From: Octopus vulgaris
Lineage: Eukaryota
Length of the DNA: 64,000 bases
Assembly: GCA_951406725.2 (NCBI GenBank)
Contig: OX597816.1
Coordinates: 179,676,001-179,740,000, forward strand
Direction: 5' to 3'
Shown piece by piece: positions 29,045 to 42,645 of this stretch. Position numbers and translations under genes: made by a program. The first letter of the stretch is position 1. Each line of letters starts with the position of its first letter. The notes beneath the pieces were generated by a model. The model searched no databases, was not told the DNA's origin, and saw nothing but the letters and a program-made list of their open reading frames with translations.

Positions 29045-29939
29045 AATGTGTATATATATATATGTGTGTTGTGTGTATATATACGTGTGCGTATGTATAG
29101 TACTTGCACGCACACATACACACACACACACACACGCACGAACACACCATCGATTTATATCAATACGAAGAATATCAAACATATTTCTTCATGAAAACAA
29201 GATAACAAAGCACTTTCTTTAAGGAAGGATGATCTATAATAAAGAGAAATATTGCACCAGTTCATCAAATATCATAGTGACAGGCGAACAGAAATGATAA
29301 TCGATCTTTTAATCTATTTTAGAAACATATATATTAGGATATTTTGGCAGCTGTAGCATTTCTGAATTATTTTAACGATATGTCATGTTCTCAAAATAAA
29401 AAGCCAACCTACTATTTTATCTGTTGAAACATATTTCAACATTATCCGAGCACTTTCTTCCTAATGGCTTCGTCAGAAAGTGTATTATTATTTCATTACT
29501 AACGATGCAATCATCGTTAAAAATGGACTTTGACTAGAAAACTGCCGTATGCGGTGGAATATGAAATAAGAAGTCGACAAACCGAGACGGAGATGCGATT
29601 TCAATTCCTTGCTGGGTAACTTTCTCTCCACACATTTATCGTTATCTTTTATTTGTTTCAGTCATTGGACTGCGGTCATGCTGGGGCACCGTCGAGAAGA
29701 GTTTTAATCAAACCAATCGACTCTAGTACTTACTTTTATAGACCGAGTACTTTTCTATCGGTATTTTTTACCGAACAGCTAAGTCACGGGTACGTAACCA
29801 AGCCAATATCGTTTGCCAAGTGGTGGGGGTTGGCTAAACAAGCACAAAATCTCAAATACACACGCCCCACCCCACAAAATAGGTTAAATGATGGTGCGAT
29901 GGGATGAAATGAATAGAGAGGAAAGGAGTAGTAAGATGC

Positions 29940-30200
29940 TAATTGCGAAGATTGGCTCTGATTTTGTAGAAGAGGTAGATGTTAGACTGCTCGTGAAAAC
30001 CTCATTACTGATATATATGACGAGGTAATGTGCAGGTCACTTGTGAGCACAACAGTACAATCTGTTGAATGACTGCATCGTTGGCGATTCAATTGGCAAC
30101 CACAGCAGGATCACTTGATCAGGATGGAAATTTTGGACACCCTGAGGATTAGACACAAGACCTGTCAAAGGGCGGATGGGCTCACGGAGTTAAGGGTCAT
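29940..30200 (-). mobile_element. Possible decayed LINE (AP-endonuclease end) fragment
   Basis: GC-richer patch with faint LD..VSNP..SSD-like remnants. Weak. Confidence 0.3.
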
Positions 30201-30564
30201 TCAATAATGTATATATATTTACACTGTGTGTGTGTGTATGATGGGGGTTAATGAGATGTTTGCATTTAATACAAATGAGATAGGAAAGGAAAAAGTTACC
30301 ATAACTTCGAAGTTTGCAGCAGCAGGCCGGTGAGGGCAACCATTGTTATATTAGGTTAGAAGCAATGATGCAGGGTAAAAACCCGGAATGATACTTGATG
30401 CCAGGGCTACAAACCAAGGTAAGATGGTACTGTGGGGTCTTTAAGTCGATTCCTCTAAACACAACGGCAGCTGCAACACCAACAGCAGCTAAAATAGCAA
30501 CCGAAGTAAAAGTAATGAGAGCAACATCGCTAGAAACAACAGTCAGAGTAGCAGCAGCACAAAC

Positions 30565-30775
30565 AAGAAGAAGAAGAAGAAGTAGAAGAAGAAGAAGAAG
30601 AAGAGGAAGAAGAAGAAGAAAAGGAAGAAAAAGAAGAAGAAGGAGAAGGAGAAGAAAAGGAAGAAAAAGAAGAAGAAGGAGAAGGAGAAGGAGAAGGAGA
30701 AGAAGAAGAAGAAGAAGGAGAAGGAGAAGAATAAGAATAAGAATAAGAATAAGAATAAGAATAAGAATAAGAACA
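30565..30775. repeat. (GAA)n/(GAAGGA)n/(GAATAA)n purine microsatellite
   Basis: Visible repeats. Confidence 0.95.
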
Positions 30776-31124
30776 ATATCCCAGTAGCGCCCCCTCTTCA
30801 AACTCAAGCAGACACACATACAGGCGCAAAACATATCTCACTTCCTCAGTCTTTTGCGAAAGGTCTGTGAAAGAAGGTTTCTGTGAGAGAGCGGGAAAGA
30901 AGAGTTAAGAGTAAAAACAAAAGGGTTGCTGCAAGCTGAGAGGCCGGAAGGTACGATGGAGTGGCAGTGAAATTACCACCACCACCACCACCACCACCAC
31001 CACCACCAAAACAACAACAACAACAGCCAAATATGTAACTGCGCCAACAACCAAAGCAGAATTCTAATTCGAACACAAGAAGTCTACAGGAACCGGAAGA
31101 AAGAAAAAGATTCCCGTGTATCTT

Positions 31125-31322
31125 TTATCTTTTCTTTTACCTGCTTCAGTCATTTGTCTGCGCCATGCTGGAGCACCGCATTGAAAGATTTTAATGGAAT
31201 AGGACTTATTTTTTGTAGCCGAATATTATTCTAAATTTTTGTTTGGCTGAACCGCTAAGTTACAGGGACGTAAACGCACTAAAACTAGTTGTCAAGCGGT
31301 AATGGGGGCAAACACAGACGGT

Positions 31323-31403
<81 letters not shown>

Positions 31404-31555
31404 CGGGCTTCGTTGAGTCTCCGTCTTCCAAATCCACATATACGGCTTTGTTCGGCCCGTGGCTATAGTAGACGACACTTGCCCAAGGTGCCAAACAGTG
31501 GGACTGAACCCGGAACCATGTGGTTGAGAAGCGAGCTTCTTAACACACAGCCACC
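31125..31555 (-). mobile_element. SINE family A (older copy)
   Basis: Matches the other family A copies. Confidence 0.82.
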
Positions 31556-31593
31556 CTTGTATATGTATAAATGTGTGTGTATGTGTGTGTATG

Positions 31594-31627
<34 letters not shown>

Positions 31628-32053
31628 AGCACACGCGTAAATACACAAATACATAACATATGTGGAGAGAAACGTAGAAGTAAAGTGATGATAAATGAAT
31701 GAGTTATGAGATGTCAATTTGTCCGCCGCCTCCAATGCAGAAGCTGCGTAACCGAAATGAATTTGTTAGATAAGTCTAAATATCCGAACTAGCTTTCAAA
31801 TGTCATTTAAAAGTTCAAGACGGTTATTGATGGGGCTGGGGCATGTATAAAGGTGTATACAAGTCCACTGAAGATTAAATTATAAAGAAAGCAATGACCT
31901 ATGTAGAAGAATATCAGAATCACTTAGTTATAAAGTTGATGACCTATTTAAGAATGATCTCTCGAGAATGACACCTATACGCGTGTGTGTTAGCGCAACG
32001 GTGTAGTGTCGAGCTATGCTTTAGAGCGACTCTTCATGCTCTACTGTGTAGAG

Positions 32054-32387
32054 CAGTGGTTCTCATCCGGGGTCGATACAAGATTGGGGGAAAGTCACAC
32101 AGCAACAAAATAGTAAATATGGGGTCTACAATAGTAATTTAAGAGCCCCTGAAAAAGTCTTGTTTTAGATGTGTGTATTGGTATGTATTGCAAGAATCAG
32201 CTCGGTTTCCTTTTCTGATGCTTTATATAGTTCAACCTACACAAGTTGAGTGAAAAACAAAATAGGAATTTTGAAAGAAGTTTCTATAAAACTAGTTTTT
32301 AAACATCGAATGGCAACAGGGGTGCACCGGAATAAAACAGTAATCAAAGGGGTCAATAGATGAAAAAAAAATGGTTGAGAACCCCTG
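32054..32387. mobile_element. hAT-superfamily MITE
   Basis: TIRs CAGTGGTTCTCA / TGAGAACCCCTG; 8-bp TSD GTGTAGAG / TTGTAGAG. Confidence 0.85.
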
Positions 32388-32421
32388 TTGTAGAGCATAG
32401 TTTTGCTGTTGCTGCTGCTGT

Positions 32422-32754
32422 TGAGCGGTCCGAAACGTGGTCCTTTGCTATTCGTAAGACCCGCAGAAGAGAAAGCAGGTCAACCCCCGACACCGAGAGC
32501 ATCGACGGATGGATGAATGTGCATCCAGGCTCAGCGGTTGCGTAGAAAGTCGGGGACAAGAAATAGGAAGAAAGAGAGAGAGAAAGTTGGGGCGAAAGAG
32601 TACAACAGGGGTCGCCACCACCCCATGCTGGAGCCTTGTGGAGCTTTAGGTGTTTTCGCTCAATAAGCACACACACAACGCCCGGTCTGGGAATCGAAAC
32701 CGCGATCCTCCGACCGCGAGTCCGCTGCCCTAACCACTGGGCCACTGCGCCTCC
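32422..32754 (-). mobile_element. tRNA-derived SINE (third family, CpG-rich, probably young)
   Basis: Head GGAGGCGCAGTGGCCCAGTGGTTAGGGCAGCGGACTCGCGG..GGTTTCGATTCCC with A and B boxes; (CAG/CAA) tail region. Confidence 0.8.
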
Positions 32755-32944
32755 ACTGCTGTTGCTGTCTTACTCTATGGTTTTCTTTCGTTTAGACATA
32801 ATGTATATAGGACTACATTTTGCAATGTTTCTTTCCTTTTATAGCATGGCAGAGTTTTTTTTAAGGAAATTAAGCTCTCATGTATAGCAGGTCAAGCGAC
32901 GTCACCTGGCCCCCACGTTGACTCATATTCACATACCTGTACTT

Positions 32945-34585
32945 TTATTCTTTATTCTTTTACTTGTTTCAGTCTTCAGACTGCGAACCATGCTGGGGTA
33001 CCACCTTGAACTTTTCGTCGAATGAATCGACCCCAGGATTATTTTCTAAGCCTGGTACTTATTCTATCAGTTCCTTTTGCCGAACCGCTAAGTTACGGGG
33101 ACGCAAACACACCAACACCGTTTGTCAAGCGGTGGGGTACAAACACAAACACAAAGGCACACACACTCACAGATATGCATACATATATACTGGGTCGTCT
33201 GGAAAGTTCGTGCCGATTTTTAAAGGAAAGGAAAAGGTCAATAAATATTTGCCATTACATTTCTAATCAACCAAATATGAACCATTTTGTTGCACAATGC
33301 GTCTCCATCTTTCCTTTAATTTGAAATTACCCTCTTCTCAGAATTGAGGTGGTTTCATGGCAAAGAATTCATCAAGGTATCTTTTTACGTCATCCAAGGA
33401 ATTGAAATTAAGACTATTCTGCAGAGACCCGAATAAGTGAAAATCCGAAGGCGCAATATCTGGTGAATATGGAGGGTGGGGTAACACATCCCAGCCGAGC
33501 TGCAGTAATTTTTATCTGGTTCCCAAAGAAACGTGCGGTCTTGCATTATCATATTGGAAAACAACACCCTTCCTGTTGGCCAATTCTGGACATTTCTCTT
33601 GAATTGCTGCTTTTAACTCGTCCAGTTGTGTGCAATATTTCTCAGAATTTATTGTCTGGTTACTTAGGAGAAGCTCATAGTACAGGATTCCTTTCCAATT
33701 CCCTCAGACACAAAGCAAGACTTTTTTAGGGTGAAGACCCGCTTTTGGGGTGGTTAAAGGTGGCTCATGTCGCTTACTCTAGGATTGCTTTCTCTAAACA
33801 TCTCGGTAGATTATCTATTTCTCATCACCTGTCACAATTTGCTTTAAAAAAGGCGCGTTTTCATTCCGTTTATAAAGTGAATCACAGTTGGAAATGCGAT
33901 CCAAAAGGTTCTTCTCACTCAACTCATGTGGTACCCAAACATTGTAGTGATTTGTGTACCCAAGCTTTACCAGGTGTTCATGAACGACGGATTTTGATAG
34001 GCTGAGGCTTTCTGACAATTCTCGGGTTGTGCAATGTGGGTTATTCGCAATTAATGACTTGATTTGGTCATCATCTGTAGTGGATGGTCTGCCTGATCGC
34101 TCTTTATCAATAAGGCTACAATCTCCAGCTCGGAACCTTGTGAACCACTTCCGTACAGTTCTTTCAGATAAAGAAACATCACCGTAAACTGCGCATATTT
34201 CTTTAATTGCTTGTGAGGCATTTTTTCTTTTACGTAAAAAGAAAAGCATCAAGTGCCGAAAATGAACTTTCTTATCTTCCATTTTAAAGTGTTACAGAAT
34301 TAACACAGGTTATAGGAACATAAACCTTCTTCCAAGAAAAGATAGCTTAAAATGTGCTCTAAATGGAGGTGTAGTGAAATCCTATTTTATGGTCAACCAT
34401 GTTCTAAAATAAGTCGAAAGGTAAGCTACAATAAATTGGCACGAATTTTCCGGACAACCCAGTACATATACAACGGATTTCCGTCGGCCTGAGGCTATAG
34501 TAAGAGACTCTTGCTCAATATGTCAGGCAATAGGGCTGAACTCGGAACCATGTGGTTGCGAAGCAAGCTTCTTACCACACAGGTA
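32945..34585 (-). mobile_element. SINE family A copy split by a mariner insertion
   Basis: 3' half at 32945-33187 and 5' half at ~34470-34585. Confidence 0.75.
33190..34462 (-). mobile_element. Near full-length mariner (DD34D-type) transposon with a disrupted transposase
   Basis: TA|CTGGGTCGTCTGGAAAGTTCGTGCC ... GGCACGAATTTTCCGGACAACCCAG|TA. ORF 33815-34282 has RSGRP, WVPHEL and IVTGDEK; downstream HPPYSPDIAPSD in another frame. Confidence 0.93.
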
Positions 34586-34614
34586 CCCTTGTTGACTATA
34601 TAGTTTATCTCCTT

Positions 34615-35022
34615 TTTAACTTTTACTTGTTTCTGTCACCAATCCGCGGCCATGCTGGGGCACTGCCTTGAGGAATTTTTAGTCGAACTAATCGACCTCA
34701 CTATTTATTTCTTTTTTAAATCTGGTACTTATTCCATCGTTTACTTTGCCGAACCGCAAAGTTACGGAGCCGTAAACACACCAACAGCGGCTGTCAAGCG
34801 GCGGTGGGGGACAAACACAGAAACACTCACACACACACATACATACACAAACAAATACTACAAGCTTCTTCGAATTCCCGTCTACACAATCCACTCACAA
34901 GGCTTTGGTTGGCTTCGTGCCTTAGTAGAAGACACTTTCTTAAGGTGCTAGGTGGTGGAAGCGAGCCCAGAACCATGGGGCTGGGAATCAAACTTCTTAC
35001 CACACAGCTGCACTTGCGTCTA
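34615..35022 (-). mobile_element. SINE family A (diverged full copy)
   Basis: Matches the other family A copies. Confidence 0.8.
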
Positions 35023-36594
35023 CATACATACATATATATATGTATATATATATATGCCTGCGTGTATGTATGTATACACCTATGTATGTACGTATTTATG
35101 TATGTATGCATGCATGTATGTATGTATGTATGTATGTATGTATGTATGTATGTATGTATGTACGTACGTACGTACGTATGTATGTGCGTGTGGAGAGAGA
35201 AAGAGGGAGAAATTGGACACTACCTGACCTTCGCTGTTCAATTGGTGCCACTAGTCCAATCATTGAACGAAAAATCGTTAATTGCGATGCTAAATGCACC
35301 GAAATAACTCTTCATGCGGTGGTTACGTTCTCTGATGAGATTTGACATTGGAAATTGTTTTACAGTTATTAAATAAGAATTAAAACAACAATTTAATCAT
35401 AACCAATTATTTAGTTAAATAAATCATTTTATAAATAATAAGCAATTAAAAATATCTATATTGTTATATACTGTGTATTATATGTTGTGTATATGTTATA
35501 TATTGTGATTTATAGTTATATGTGTATACACGCACACATACACACTCGTGCGTACAAACACACACATTTACTGATTACATACATACAGATACATATGTAT
35601 GTGTATGTGTGTGTAGTAGTGTGTTTGTGTGTGTGTGTGTTTGTGTGTGTAGTAGTGTGTGTGTGTGTTTGTGTGTGTATGTGTATGTAGGAGGCATCCT
35701 ACTAGTTATGTAAGACCATAGATCTGGACCCAGAAATTCTGTCTTGTTGGCAGAGACTGTGACTATAGAGCCCCACATGTGAATGAGAGGCCCAACTTCA
35801 GGGATTGCATTTGACGGCACTGCCCGTCAGTCTTGTCCTGATATCATTTCCCGTCGGTTTGCTTGACTTGATCAGCAAGCTTCCGCTCCTACCTTCATCC
35901 TTTAAATTCCAAATTTAATTCTAGTCTTCAGTGGGAGCTATGACCAATAATGTTCTCCCACATTTCTCTTGCATTATTTCTAATTCAATGGTCCAACAGT
36001 TTGCTTTGACATACACTTACAATGTGACTTCTGCAATGTGGTGTATAAATTGTCAAGTAAATGAGAGGCATCTTTGCCTCCACTGATTCAGTTGCAAAGT
36101 GTTGAGTAAAGCTATTTGATTGCAGACCTCCTTTCAGTCATTTTATTATCACTGGGTCACACATAGTCTCCAGATGGCAACATTGATTTCAAGGCCTTCC
36201 CAGGTAAGTGACTGGTTATTAAAAGACATTTATAGATTGTAAATTTATTCTGTCCAGTATCAGTATAGTGGTCATTTGCAAACTCCAGAGGTGACACTTT
36301 AATTTCTCCTTAGCCCTCATGTCACACAGTTGTTAATGTTTATTTCAGTTGGGTCACGCCCTTTCAATTGCTATAGATTTGTAATGCATCTTACGGCTGT
36401 TCTTGTCACCTGCATGGTGAGGAATCCTACACTGGGAGTGGTAACGACTAGGATAAGGTAACTGACTGCTTATTGTGATCATTCGTGTCTTGGTTTCCTG
36501 TAGCTTTGCTCTCTTTTACAAACCCAGTGAACATATATTTCCTATTTCAAAGAAATTCAAACAAATAGATGTAAGACCCAAGTTAAAAAGATTC

Positions 36595-36642
36595 TTGACA
36601 TTAAGATACCTTGACATTAAGATACCTTGACATTAAGATACC
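36595..36642. repeat. 16-bp tandem repeat x3 (TTGACATTAAGATACC)
   Basis: Exact copies visible. Confidence 0.9.
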
Positions 36643-36799
36643 TACCCACAACAGGGGCCTTAACTCTCACATTTTAGAGCTCCATGACCTTCATTTTTCA
36701 GGAGCAAAATCCTTTTAACAGGTTCAATAAGACTGGAATTTTGGAATATGCGCATAAAAATCAGTAATATAGGATACATGTGGCACGATTACAATTTTC

Positions 36800-36947
36800 T
36801 TTCTATGTGTAAAGACGGGAATAACCCTCATCTGCAACTTTGATGAAATTCGAAACATAGATATTCCAGTTCATTACAGAAAATATAACAGAAAATTCTA
36901 ATTCTTCAATTGAATGTAACACGAGCAACGCCGGGTATCTCTGCTAA
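36800..36947 (+). mobile_element. Short Helitron-like remnant
   Basis: 3' end CGAGCAACGCCGGG..CTGCTA matches the end of the 44916-45288 element. Confidence 0.55.
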
Positions 36948-39900
36948 TATATATATATATGTATGTATCGCATTTATACACATACCTATGATATAATACA
37001 TCTTATCTCCTCGTATGCAATAGGAAAACAATATTGTTTTCCTAATGGGAAATCATAGTGTGTGATAGAACAAAAAAGCATTCGTACATAGGGCTATGCG
37101 GGAAAAAACATAAGCGGTAAGTATTCAATAGTCGGTTACGTTTTTATACGTTTGTTTCCTTCAGTATGACACTTTACCACTTGCTTTGCAATTGAGTTTC
37201 GAAGAGCAACACAGTATTCTCATCAACTCGGTTGGAATTTGTCAGAGCGTATGAATTATTAAATAAACCTTCAATTCGCTTAAGAGAAATTAGCAACATT
37301 GACCAAGCGATCTTAATCAATTCGAAGAACTCTAAGTATTGCATGTGATCTCAACTTTCAGCATCTAGTCGATGTTCATGAATGATTAAGCAGTTAACAA
37401 GACCCTTGCTAATTGTAATCATGTGAAATTAGCTGAAGAAAGAATAATCAGTCAATAACGTGATCCGGAGTGATATTATAGGTGACCTTTCGTCGTTTCT
37501 AGATAGTAAAGTATTTAGAACAATTAACATTTCTATTATATCAGCACAGTATGAACCTTGATAGTTACAACAACTATTATGAGTGGTCTTTTCTGGACAT
37601 CATTATAATTATACGCCATGATGATAAACAGACGTTCTACTGACAACAGGGAGTGGTGGACATAGAAAGATAACTACGAATGCGTCAGTCCTATGTTTAT
37701 ACCAAAGCTGTGAATATGCACATAGTGTTAAACATTGAATTAAAATTCTACACATTCGTGCAACTGAAATTGTATGTTCTGCATTTCTGGACTCGATTTG
37801 TTATAACAGTGTGGTGGGGGTGGGGATGATTATCGTCGTCATCATTGTTGTCGCTCTTGTTGTTGTTTAATACAGGATCGTCTTTGATAGTCAGAACTAT
37901 GACTATGGTTAAACGCATTGCAATCGTGACCATTCCATCTGTTTTGGTCTATAACTGACTATATTATCTAATGTGGCATATTCTTATTTAAGATCGGATG
38001 GTGTTACTCGAGGAAGATTTGGCAGCTATTTCAAGTAGACTGACTGATAAAGTGCAGGCTCTCTCTTAGGTTGAAAAATACTGTTGCACTTTCTTACAGA
38101 TGTAGGAGAATGATTCTTTTTATTAGCGTCAGGATCAAATAGTGGCGGATTGGCGTCGGACAAAACGCCTTGTTATATTTGCTTCTGGGTCATTGTATTC
38201 TGAGTTCAAATATCATCGAAGCCAGCATTACCCTTCATCCTTTGTGGTTAATAAAGCAAGGTACCAGTCAAATCCTGGAGCTGATTTAACCAATTAACTC
38301 TTTCCCAAATATTTGACTTTATGCTTAGTTTAAAAACACTTAGATAAGTAAGGAACCTAAGGACCAGAGTTATGGACCTGATATTTTGCTTTTATTAAAC
38401 GTTATACTTATATTTAACATATACCAGCACGAGCTCATTAAAATCTCAGAAGCTGACGAAAGTTCTTTTTTTTTTCATGGAATATAAAAACACAATTTAT
38501 GAGTGAGAGAAATATTACGAGCCATATTAACTGACTTTCAAAAGATCAATTAAAATATTAACCAGTTTGTTTTCATAGTTTTCGAATTCTAAGCTAATAA
38601 AACAGGAATTTGTTTGCCAATGCGATACTGGACACCTGTTAGAATATTTATTCGCTAGTCTGGTAAATATTCCGTTACTTTAGCAATAATGGAACTGAAC
38701 GTCAAACTGCACGAAATTTGATGTATATTTACTGTTTTTTTTTTATGACTTTGAAACACAAATAATTGTTGATGAAGGAGTTAAAATATTCGAATATTAT
38801 AATGCCTTATAGCAATAGAAGGGAAGATGTTGAGCTGACAGGGTGTCAACACATCGTGAAAAATGTTTTGCGGTATTTCTTCAGATTCATTACATTCTGA
38901 GTTCAAATTCTATCGCACTCAACTCTACCTTTCATCGTTACGGGGTCATTAAAATAAGTATCAGTTGCGCAGTGGGGTCGATGAAATTACCTTGCACCTT
39001 CCTTAAAAGTGCTGACCTTGTGCCCAAATTTTAAACTGTTATAATAACAGATGTGATCAGCAAGACCCTCATCATACTTTATTTAGTATTTTGTCTTGAA
39101 ACGTTCGTGTCATCAATGACATTGCTACTTCATATGAACACATACATGACTTCATAGTAGCGAACATGTAATAATCTGACTTCCTTTTTACCCTTTGTTT
39201 CCACCTCATCCAATGACTTCTCTCGTATGAGCTAGCGAAGAAGCTTCAACTCCGATGCGCCATCTGCTAGAAATAGCAACCTAATCTATAGCCATTTACT
39301 TCCTCCAGGATACATTGGATAGAAACACTACATCAGAATAAACGATGGGACGGTAAATGGCATTCCCCTTGAATCTAAGCTTGTTCAATCAGAGCTGACC
39401 TCGAGGCTAAACAACAGCAACAGCAACAAAAAAAAAATCTTCGCTTGTAATTTTGATATCACTCCAAAGTAAACTTTCGGAATCTTTAACACAAAATGTG
39501 TAATTCGTTCTATATCACTGTAAATAGTGGAATATAATGTAACGCGAAGGAAAAAAATTGGTTGTTTTGAGACAATGTTTACCTAAAACTATGCATGAGA
39601 AACAAAAATGAGTCTCCAGAATCCAAATGCATAACAGATAAAGTATATAAAACCACGTCAGGCCTAAAAACAAAGATGAAGAGTTAATTTTAAATATTAT
39701 TTTAAAAGAATCACTAGCAAAATTGAGACGTTCATATTTTTCTAAAGTGGAATATAAATTGAAAAGCAGTTTCAATGTGCCCTATCTTTACGATTATTCT
39801 TTAAAATGCTAGCAGATCCATATCTTAGTTTAATCACACACACAAAAGAAGCACCGAATGTCTCGAGCCAATAAAAAAAAAAAAAATAGTGGAAATAGCA

Positions 39901-40065
39901 GCCAAATCTCCTTCCTATCACACTCAATCGTATTAAAAACGGAATAATAATGTAGTCTGGGTTCAAAGATGTTTATAACGGTTTTGATAAGAAGTTTTAT
40001 CGCTCGGGGCAGGTGTAGAACTAATCAACAACAAAGAACACTTATAATTTTTGTACCTATAATTA

Positions 40066-40206
40066 CAGGTATGGATAACCTTTTTCAAGAAGTGGGCCTC
40101 ATGAGACATGGTTCATCATCAGGAAGGCCACACTACCAAATATATAAGATAATTTTTTCACTAGGCTACCATTCAGAAAATCTTGCGGGCCGCAGTTTCC
40201 CCCCTG
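40066..40206. mobile_element. Possible decayed hAT MITE
   Basis: CAGGTATGGATAAC ... GCGGGCCGCAGTTTCCCCCCTG termini; TSD unclear. Confidence 0.4.
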
Positions 40207-42645
40207 TAACTTATGCATAGACACATCATTATCGATTAAATGCCAATTAGCTTTATTGGTTTCAATGGAGGGGAATGGATATTGTAATCATTTCTATCAC
40301 TTCACGTTAGTTATGGGAATGAAATGGTCCCATTCGCGAATAGAAACTGGTTTTAGCTATCTGCCGATTTCTTGTCTTCTAGACCGTTCTAGTATTGTTT
40401 GGTGCAGAAAAATGATTAATCGGAGACAGAAAAGTCTGTAATAAGTGTTTCAAATTTCCTTAGGGATTCGAATCCTTTTGATTAAATCTGTTTAAATCTT
40501 GTCCGTTATTCTTATAAACTTATCTTAATAATTATAAAGACTCTTAGCATAATTTCAAAGACTAATTAAATATGCCGAAGAAATCGCTATCTGTATCTTA
40601 AAATATATCTCAGATATTCGTAGAAATTTTCACTTTCATGATTAATTACATTTAGCTTTGCTTGTGTGTATTTCTTAGAGTCGATTTACAATATATTCAG
40701 AAAATATAGCTCTGAAATAGTTAATTAAATGCCGATATTTATTTAAGTGATTCTCCAGAGATAAAAGGCAAAGTCATTCATGTCGAATTTTAAGCTTTAA
40801 ATATAAAGGAATGGAATTACATTCCGCGTGACATTTAATCTTATGCTCTCTCATATGGTCTTGATACGCCATCGTTCTCTCCCTAATCTCTGTTATGTAA
40901 GAACATTTTTTCCACCATTCTTTCATACAATACAGCTTTCTTACAACTCATTAAGGTGACTAAGTGTCAGTTATATTACACTTCAAGTTATTACACTGTC
41001 CTTATCAACAGAAGTGTCAAGTTGAAATGTCAAACTGAAGATGAACACTGAAAAAGCTTTACAAAATCTCATAAAACATTAAGCAGCATTAACTTCCTGG
41101 GAAAACAAAACAAAACAAAATGTCACAAAAAACAACAACAGGGAAGAGGTGCTGTATGAAGTCACTGGATTTGCTAGAAACAGCATGTATAGTTTTCCTC
41201 AAATCATATCGGATAATCTTTAAAAGAAGATGCATTAGATAATGTAGTCCTTGATACAAAATATGACAGATAATCATGATTAGGATCCTTTGATCAATGA
41301 TCTGATCGATTCAGACTGACCTAAGGTTAAGCGACAAAAAGCAAAACAAAACAACAAACTCAGTGAAGCAAATTAACTTTTTTTATATTTGTTGTCTTAC
41401 TTTGAATTTCACTGATCTTAAGGTTCAACAAATGCTACTAATTCAATAAATGTTATTTCATATGCTACTTGTACCCTGTTGGGTTAAAGAGTTGGATAGT
41501 CGAGAGGGAGACAGTGTCTGCTCGCAACTACATACTCAGCTAAAACAATTAGCGAATGCATGATATCACTGTATGTTACCAAGCCATACTCGTTCACGGT
41601 TGACGGTTGGCTCTTTATACGAGTGGACAACGCACTCACACCGAAGGAATCACTTGTACGCCTGCTGTCCTCAAATTTTCTGTTTTGTAAAACCTTAACA
41701 TTTAGAGACATTTAATATCCGTTTTTGTGGTCAGGCATTACATATCTGTTTAGGTCTAAATATTTTTAATAGCAAAACACCATCATTAAGAGCGTCGGAT
41801 AAAATGCCTTTTAGTATTTGTCCGGCTCTTTACACTTTCAGTTCAAACATCACTAAGGTTAACTTTGTCCTTCATCCAATCAATAGAAATAAAATGCCAG
41901 TCAAGAACCGCTGCCGATTTAATCGACTAACCCCTCTCCCTTTTTAGCCTTGCTCCTCCAAGAATTCATAACCAAGTATTGGAAGTTAAGAAAGGGGACA
42001 AAGAAAGGGAACACAGAATGCAATGCACCAGAAGAAAATATCACAAGGCATTTTACCAATCCTCTAACGATTCTACCAACCCGCTTACATTTGATATTCG
42101 CTAATATAATGACGGTAGTAAAAAGAATCATCCCCCTGCATCTGCTGTAAGAAAGTGCAACAGTATTTTTCAACCTAAGAGAGCGCCTGCTCTTGACCAC
42201 TCGATCTACTTGAAATAGCTGCCAAATCTTCCTCAATAAGCACCATCCGATCTTAAATAAGGATGTCATATTAGATAATGTGGTCCGTTTTATACCTAAA
42301 TAGATGGGATGGTCACGATTGCAATGCGTTTAGTGATAGTCATAGTCCTGCTTATCAAAGACGATCTTGTATTAATCAAGAATAACAACGATGACAACGA
42401 TGACTAATGAACCCGATTCACCAGTCAAAACGAGGCAAGTAAGGCATCTTGGTCATTCACTGCATCCATCTCCATTCACATTCTTCTTGATATTGTCTTG
42501 CCACTGTATTGAAGATGATCACTTACGAGAGAGTTAGGTTGATGGTGCACAACTCCTCACTTTAAAGGAAGTCACCGCTCAAGTCATCAGTCATTAAATA
42601 AGACTAACTCGAAGTTCCATGTCACTTCGACGGACGAACATGATA

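Noticed and set aside
30780-30960. Plus-strand first exon (CTCF-like word, TCAGT Inr, AAG|GTACG donor)
   Set aside because: These short motifs are expected by chance and no downstream exon supports it.
32690-32754. tRNA gene
   Set aside because: A and B boxes are present but no proper cloverleaf or acceptor stem; it continues into a SINE body. The same applies to 45945-46005.
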